Assembly: GCF_000014785.1 (NCBI RefSeq)
Contig: NC_008340.1
Location: 2,910,001 to 2,942,000, forward strand
Reading direction: 5' to 3'
DNA length: 32,000 bases
Source: Alkalilimnicola ehrlichii MLHE-1
GTDB lineage: Bacteria; Pseudomonadota; Gammaproteobacteria; Nitrococcales; Halorhodospiraceae
Shown: piece by piece, positions 24,251 through 32,000 of the stretch
How the letters are laid out: every line of letters begins with the position of its first letter
Position numbering within the stretch: the stretch's first letter is position 1
Program-made: the position numbers and the translations under genes
The notes under the pieces: model-generated
The model's input: only the letters and a program-made list of their open reading frames with translations
Database searches by the model: none
What the model was told of the DNA's origin: nothing

Positions 24251-24832
24251 TCAACCGTGGGCCAGGCCCGCGTCGACGAGCAGCCTGCGCGCCAGACGCG
24301 GAATAGGCTGCCCGCAGTTCATGGCGCGGCGGCGCAGCAGGTGGTAGGCATCGGCCTCGCCCAGCCCCTCGCGCTCCATCAGCAGGCACTTGGCCTGGTG
24401 CACATCACGCTGCTCGGCAAGCTGGCGGCGAGTGTCCGCCAGCTCGCGGGTCAACCCCTGAAAGCGCTCGTACTGCCGGATGGCCAGGCGGATCGCCCCT
24501 TGCACCCCTTCGCGCGGCACGCCCCCCACGGCGTAGGCACTGAGCCCCGCCGCCGCGGCTGTGCTCATCAATTCCGGGTCGTGATGAACGGAGCCGTTCA
24601 TCACCGGCCCCGGGTACCGCCCCCCGCGGCTGCACAGCCCCTCCAGGGTGTCGCGTTTGCCCGATCCCGCTTCGGTGATGATCACCTCCGGCTCCTCGTC
24701 GAGCACCCGCTGGTAAAGGTCATCCGCGCCCTGCACGGTGGCCACCACGGTAAAGCCCGCCACCTGCAGTGACTCCTCGAGCCAGGCCGAACGCTCCGGC
24801 GAATCATCGACCAGCATGACTTTGGTGACCAT
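24251..24832 (-). CDS. nasT: NasT/AmiR-type two-domain regulator: receiver-like domain plus ANTAR RNA-binding antiterminator domain
   Basis: ATG 24832 (SD GGAG 6 nt upstream) was preferred over the track's TTG at 24838. The N-terminus VMLVDDSPER...EVIITEAGSGKRDTLEGL is receiver-like. The C-terminus LTRELADTRRQLAEQRDVHQAKCLLMEREGLGEADAYHLLRRRAMNCGQPIPRLARRLL is the ANTAR helix bundle (AKG.LM......E..AY..LR..AM). Confidence 0.88.
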   Translation of the reverse strand: MVTKVMLVDDSPERSAWLEESLQVAGFTVVATVQGADDLYQRVLDEEPEVIITEAGSGKRDTLEGLCSRGGRYPGPVMNGSVHHDPELMSTAAAAGLSAYAVGGVPREGVQGAIRLAIRQYERFQGLTRELADTRRQLAEQRDVHQAKCLLMEREGLGEADAYHLLRRRAMNCGQPIPRLARRLLVDAGLAHG

Positions 24833-24881
24833 GAGCAACTCCAGGGGCTGAGCCCGTCAGCAATGATGCAGCGCAAAATAA

Positions 24882-24897
24882 TACAAGGTGCGTGCCA
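24882..24897 (-). promoter_or_regulatory. Second sigma-54-like element (TGGCAC-GCACC-TTGTA) upstream of the nasT-like gene
   Basis: Same TGGCACGC -24 box and spacing as the element at 24136..24151. The -12 reads TTGT. It is about 50 nt upstream of ATG 24832. Pattern match only. Confidence 0.3.
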
Positions 24898-25156
24898 CTG
24901 CCCGGGCCTGGCGGTAAAACAGGGAGTTGCATGAATCCGGCGAGGGTCGACGGCGCGTGTCGCGCACGCCGGTGGTGCGCACACTGTTGTCGGGGTCTCA
25001 GTGGCGCACCAAAGTGGACGGTGCGGCAATAGGAATCGTCACCGGGGGGCGGCATAAAGAGTCATCCCGCGGTAACATAAACGGATACACCGCCCGATCA
25101 TGAATACGACTCTAAATGGGCAGCCCGACACCCCCCAAAAAACGAGGAGCTTGCAC

Positions 25157-26749
<1,593 letters not shown>

Positions 26750-26768
26750 CCGGGCTGACTATTTCGCC

Positions 26769-26821
26769 CCCTCCGTCGGCGGTGGCATTGCTAGACTGCC
26801 GGTAACGGACCCGACGGAGGG
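26769..26821 (+). other. Long-range hairpin after pckA (CCCTCCGTCGG-31 nt-CCGACGGAGGG) whose 3' arm contains the SD of the next ORF
   Basis: Perfect 11-bp inverted repeat (26769..26779 and 26811..26821) read from the sequence. The 3' arm includes GGAGGG, 7 nt before GTG 26829. No T-run follows, so this is not a classic terminator. Confidence 0.4.
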
Positions 26822-26828
26822 TGGCGGA

Positions 26829-27437
26829 GTGAATGAGACCCCCAGGGATGCGCCGGAGAATCAGCACGAAGAACGGCTGTACCGGGAGTATGTCCGGCTG
26901 TCCGAATGCTGCAACAATTACATCCGGGACGCCCTTTCCGATATCAAGCTGCTGGGCGGCATAGGCGCGGTATTGGCCTGGGACCCGGTGGCCCGGATGC
27001 TGGAACTCAATGCACGGCTCGACCAGCCGGTCACCCCGGTGGGGTTCACCACCCTGCTGCTGGTGGTCATGTTCGTGATGTTCTACAATCTGATGAAGCA
27101 GTCGATCTTTTTCTTCCATCAGGCGCGGATGCGCCGGTTCGAGGCCCGTCTCAACGCGCTCCACGCCGACTCCGAACCGATCTTCGCGTTGGCCACCGCC
27201 TGGCCGGACTGGCAGCGCCGGGTGCATGACCGGGTCGCGGTGCCCACCTTTCTGATCTTCTACACCATTCTGATCGGTTTCCCGACCACGCTGATGGTGC
27301 TCCAGGGCTTCGATTACTGGGCGGTCTTCTACGCCGTGCTCGCCGTGCTGTTGGCAACGGGCCATCTGGTCAGCGTGCTGCACTTGGTCCGCAGCCTCGA
27401 GCGCGACGCCCGTCAGCCCCACCCACCGCCGGGGTAA
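26829..27437 (+). CDS. Hypothetical integral membrane protein (about 202 aa, 3-4 TM helices), no family recognised
   Basis: The ORF track frame 26634..27437 overlaps the pckA 3' end. It was trimmed to the in-frame GTG 26829, preceded by GGAGGG. Hydrophobic segments: GGIGAVLAW, FTTLLLVVMFVMFY, VPTFLIFYTILIGFPTTLMVL, WAVFYAVLAVLLATGHLVSVL. It uses more A/T-ending codons (aat, gat, tat, gaa, ttt) than the neighbouring genes. The start is uncertain. Confidence 0.5.
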   Translation: MNETPRDAPENQHEERLYREYVRLSECCNNYIRDALSDIKLLGGIGAVLAWDPVARMLELNARLDQPVTPVGFTTLLLVVMFVMFYNLMKQSIFFFHQARMRRFEARLNALHADSEPIFALATAWPDWQRRVHDRVAVPTFLIFYTILIGFPTTLMVLQGFDYWAVFYAVLAVLLATGHLVSVLHLVRSLERDARQPHPPPG

Positions 27438-27473
27438 GGCGCGGGTCGTCCCCTCCGCCGGGCGAGCAACGCC

Positions 27474-28517
27474 TCAGGGCAGCAACCCGGCACGCAGGGC
27501 GCGGTCCAGCGCCTCCAGGTCGGTGCCTGTCTCCGCCGGCTGGATCACCTCCAGCCGCGGCCGGCCGCCGCCGGCAGGGGGGCCGCCCGGCGACAGACCC
27601 CCTTCCCCCGCCACCCGGTTGATGTGCTGCCAACCCGCCTGCGTGGGTACGATGCCTTTGACCCGCTCTGCCGACAAGCCATCGACCAAATCCACCAAGG
27701 TCGGGTGATCGAGACGGGCGCCCGCAGGCAGTAGCCAACTCCGTCCCACAAAGCCGTCCGCCTGCCGGTCGATGACCACCCAGTCATCCGGCGCCGCCTC
27801 GGACGCACCGTGGCGGTGCTCGTGGTGGTGATGACCGCCGGTGCGGGTGGCCTGTTGGGCCTGAAAGGCCTGCACCTCCGGGAACAGCGCACCACCGCGA
27901 TCCAGGCGCGGCCGGTCCAGCAGCGGCGGGGCGACCCTCCCCTGGCGGGTCTCGATGACCCGGGGCCGCGGTGCCGGCCGGCCCGCCACAAAGTTCTGCA
28001 GTGCAGTATGATCAGCCTCGCTGTAGAGGTCCGCCTTATTGGCGAGCAGGACATCCGCCAGGTGGATCTGATCATTCCAATTGGGGTGCTCGCGATGGCG
28101 GATCGAGGCCAGGTGGCGGGCGTCCATCAGGGTGACGGTGGCGCGCAGATCGAGGCGCTGGTCATAGGGCGGTGCCGTCAGGGTGCGGATGATCTCCGCC
28201 GGATGGCCCAGCCCGGTGGGCTCGATCAGGATGCGATCCGGCCGGGCGTGACGGATCAGCCGATCCAGCCCCACGGTGAACAGCCGGGCTGAGACACAGC
28301 ACAGGCAGCCGCCGGGGATCTCCTCCAGCGCCACCCCGGTGTCCTCCAGCAGGCCGCCGTCCACGCCGATCTCCCCAAACTCGTTGACCAGCACCGCCCA
28401 GCGCTCGCCCTGTGGCCGCCCCGCCAGCAGCCCCCGGATGGTGGTGGTCTTGCCCACCCCCAGGAAGCCGGTGATGAGATTGGTCCTGATCAGCGGTCCG
28501 CCGCCGGTAACGGTCAT
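27474..28517 (-). CDS. COG0523/CobW-family G3E GTPase metallochaperone with an internal His-rich stretch
   Basis: Trimmed to ATG 28517 (SD GGAGGAGGG). Walker A GFLGVGKTT, metal-binding CxCC motif GGCLCCV, switch EPTGLGHP and NKADL. His-rich insert RTGGHHHHEHRHG, followed by a CobW C-terminal domain. Confidence 0.88.
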   Translation of the reverse strand: MTVTGGGPLIRTNLITGFLGVGKTTTIRGLLAGRPQGERWAVLVNEFGEIGVDGGLLEDTGVALEEIPGGCLCCVSARLFTVGLDRLIRHARPDRILIEPTGLGHPAEIIRTLTAPPYDQRLDLRATVTLMDARHLASIRHREHPNWNDQIHLADVLLANKADLYSEADHTALQNFVAGRPAPRPRVIETRQGRVAPPLLDRPRLDRGGALFPEVQAFQAQQATRTGGHHHHEHRHGASEAAPDDWVVIDRQADGFVGRSWLLPAGARLDHPTLVDLVDGLSAERVKGIVPTQAGWQHINRVAGEGGLSPGGPPAGGGRPRLEVIQPAETGTDLEALDRALRAGLLP

Positions 28518-28669
28518 GCCCTCCTCCCTTCGTTCCGCCTGCACCTGCGCCCATTACACCACAGCCCCGGGGGCGCTGAGCGGTGGCTCCGCGCCGGCGG
28601 CCGGGGCTTGGGGGGCCGGCCGCCGGCGATACCATGGCGCCAGGGGATTGGCGGACGAGAGGCCCGGGC

Positions 28670-28849
28670 ATGACCCATGCGGTGTTTCGCTTTTACGAGG
28701 AGCTGAACGACTTCCTGCCGCCGGAACGGCGCAAGGTGGCCTTCGATCACCCGCTGGACCGCCGGGCCGCTGTCAAGGACGTAATCGAGCGCTCGCGGCA
28801 GCGCGACGACCGGGCGCCGGGCGCGCCGCCCGCCTCCGGCGGTGGCTGA
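28670..28849 (+). pseudogene. Truncated remnant of a Mut7-C/ubiquitin-like-domain (Ub-Mut7C, PIN-like RNase family) gene
   Basis: MTHAVFRFYEELNDFLPPERRKVAFDHPLDRRAAVKDVIE matches, from memory, the conserved N-terminus of Ub-Mut7C proteins (.FRFYAELNDFLP..RR...F.......VKD.IE.LGVPHTEVD). After VKDVIE the reading frame turns into an Arg/Pro/Gly-rich tail and stops. No frame continues the family sequence, and the ACP gene begins 20 nt later on the other strand. Confidence 0.45.
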
Positions 28850-28868
28850 CCTGCCCCTGCCCCGCCGT

Positions 28869-29110
28869 TCAGCCGAGCCGTGGCCCCAGGTAGTCGAGCA
28901 GGTCCTGCAGGCTGTGCAGCCGGCCGTAGTCGGCCTCCGGGATGTCCACCCCCAGCCGCTTGTGCAGCGCGGTCAGCAGATTGAGCGCATCCACCGAGTC
29001 CAGGTCGTACTCGTCACGCAGGGACGCCTGATCGTCCACCGCCGCCACATCGACATCGGGGGCGATGCGGGCCAGCTCCTCGAGAATGGTGCGGCGCAGG
29101 TCTTCTTGCT

Positions 29111-29114
<4 letters not shown>
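28869..29114 (-). CDS. Acyl carrier protein (stand-alone phosphopantetheine-binding domain)
   Basis: 81 aa. The [11 protein letters not shown] motif carries the Ser attachment site in the usual helix-2 context. GTG 29114 overlaps the E2 stop (GTGA), which implies translational coupling. Confidence 0.8.
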
Positions 29115-30432
<1,318 letters not shown>

Positions 30433-30436
<4 letters not shown>

Positions 30437-32000
30437 TCCGCCCCCTCCATGACCTGTCGGGCGGCCCCGACGATGTCCTCCACCTGGGGCAGGGCTGCCG
30501 TCTCCAGGTGGCGTGCGTAGGGGATCGGGATCTCGGCCGAGCAGACCCGGGCGATGGGGGCGTCCAGGTACCACAGGGCCTGTTCCGCCAGGATGGCGCT
30601 GATCTCCGCAGCCAGGCTGCCGGTCTTCCACCCCTCGTCCACAATCACCGCCCGCTGGGTGCGGGTAACCGATGCCACCAGGGCCTCCGTATCCAGCGGG
30701 CGCAACACCCGCAGATCCAGCACTTCGGCCTCGATACCCTCCTCTGCCAGCGCCTCGGCCGCCTCCAGGGTCTTACCCAGACTGCCGCCGTAGGTGATCA
30801 GGGTCAGGTGCTGGCCCGGCCGGCGGATGGCGGCCTGGCGGATATCCACCCCCTGCGGGCAGGGGGTCAGCTCGCCCTCCTGGTTGTAGAGCAGGACGTG
30901 CTCGAAGATCACCACCGGGTTGGGGTCATGCAGCGCCGCCCAAAGCATGTGCCGGGCGTCCTCCAGGGTGCCCGGCGCCAGCACCTTGAGCCCGGGCACG
31001 TGGGCGTACCAGTTCTCCAGGCTGTGGGAGTGCTGGGCAGCCACCTGCCGGCCGGCGCCGGTGGCCATGCGGATCACCAGGGGGACGGGGAACTGGCCGC
31101 CGGACATGTGCAGCAGCGTGGCGGCGTTATTGACGATCTGGTCCAGCGCCAGCAGGCTGAAGTTCACCGTCATGATCTCGACGATGGGCCGGGCGCCGCC
31201 CAGGGCCGCGCCGACCCCGGCGCCGGTGAAGCCGTTCTCCGAGAGCGGGGTGTCGCGCATCCGCTCCGGCCCAAACTGCTCCAGCAACCCGCGGGAGACG
31301 GCGTAGCAGCCCCCGTAGTGACCGATGTCCTCCCCCATCATGAAGCTGCGCGGCTCATGGGTCAGGGCCTCGATCAAGCCACGCCGGAAGGCCTCGCGGA
31401 AGCTCAGCCGCTCCGGCTCGGTCGCCACATCGGGGGGCGGAGGGGGCGCCTCCGACACCGGTGCGCAGACGTGATCCAGCAGGGTATCCGGGGACTCCCA
31501 TTCGGCCTGCTCGGCGAAGGCCACGGCGGCGTCAATCTCCTCACCGATTTCCCCGTCCATGGCCTCCAACTCCCCCTCGTGCAGCGCCCCGGAGCGGCTC
31601 ATCCAATCACTGAGCCGCCGGATCGGGTCGCGGGCCTGCCACGCCTCCACCTCCGCCTTGTCACGGTAGAGCTGCGGGTCGAACATGGAGTGGGCCCGGA
31701 AGCGGTAGGTCTCGCACTCCAGGAAGCGCGGCCCCTCGCCGGCACGCACGGAGGCCAGGGCCCGGCCGCTGGCGGCCTCCACCGCCACCACATCCATGCC
31801 GTCCACCCGCTCGGCGGGGACGCCCAGGGCCTCCGCCTTGCGGTACAGCTCGGTCTGGGCGTGGGCGAGGTGCAGGGCCGTCCCCATGGCGTACTGGTTG
31901 TTCTCGCAGACGAAAAAGACCGGGAGCTGCCAGAGGGCGGCCAGGTTGAGCGACTCGTGGAACACCCCCTCGGCCACGGCGCCGTCGCCGAAGAAACAGG
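30433..32000 (-). CDS. Thiamine-diphosphate-dependent 2-oxoacid dehydrogenase E1 component with alpha and beta subunits fused in one polypeptide; 5' end lies beyond the right edge
   Basis: The frame stays open to position 32000 (...[40 protein letters not shown], the E1-alpha TPP motif). The track's M at 31977 is an internal GTG. A linker ([15 protein letters not shown]) joins an E1-beta part: [33 protein letters not shown]...FG.ER..DTPLSE.GF.G.G.GAA..G.RP.VE.MT.NF and [16 protein letters not shown]. Confidence 0.88.

Noticed and set aside
28518-28669. Searched for a Zur/Fur-type AT-rich palindrome upstream of the COG0523 gene
   Set aside because: The region is uniformly GC-rich, and nothing resembles GTTATA-N-TATAAC or the Fur consensus.

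Overview
GC-rich (roughly two-thirds G+C by eye) chromosomal segment. It is almost certainly gammaproteobacterial: the envC-ctpA / rhodanese-secB-gpsA-trmL synteny is typical. A haloalkaliphilic Ectothiorhodospiraceae-type organism is only a guess. High GC3 produces many long spurious antisense ORFs in the track, so genes were chosen by recognisable protein families, Shine-Dalgarno sequences and translational coupling. Gene order, left to right: (1) ctpA-like (partial) and envC on the minus strand, divergent from rhodanese/YibN-like, secB, gpsA and trmL. (2) A Fur-box-preceded Fe(3+) ABC binding protein and fused permease, with no ATPase. (3) A glycine cleavage operon, gcvT-gcvH-gcvPA-tpx-gcvPB, with a thiol peroxidase wedged between the two P-protein subunits. 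(4) An AT-rich islet with a small ORF, then an EamA transporter. (5) A Sel1-repeat protein, a DUF4139-like exported protein, and a ~1164-aa fused GltD/NfnB-like plus PyrK/NfnA-like iron-sulfur flavoprotein with an unassigned N-terminal domain. This block ends in a 215-bp nested perfect palindrome. (6) A small DUF2892 membrane protein. (7) A minus-strand cyanobacterial-type cynA-cynB-cynD-cynS cyanate transporter/cyanase operon. Its leader carries a two-hexaloop ANTAR antiterminator/terminator switch. A NasT-like ANTAR regulator gene lies upstream, and both units have sigma-54-like promoters. (8) pckA, a hypothetical membrane protein, a His-rich COG0523/CobW GTPase and a truncated Mut7-C remnant. 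(9) A translationally coupled minus-strand operon: fused E1 alpha-beta (partial), E2 with a (PK)n(PE)n linker, and a dedicated acyl carrier protein. No rRNA, tRNA, CRISPR array, transposase or integrase was recognised. The best candidates for something new are the ANTAR/NasT-controlled cyanate operon and the E1-E2-ACP module.
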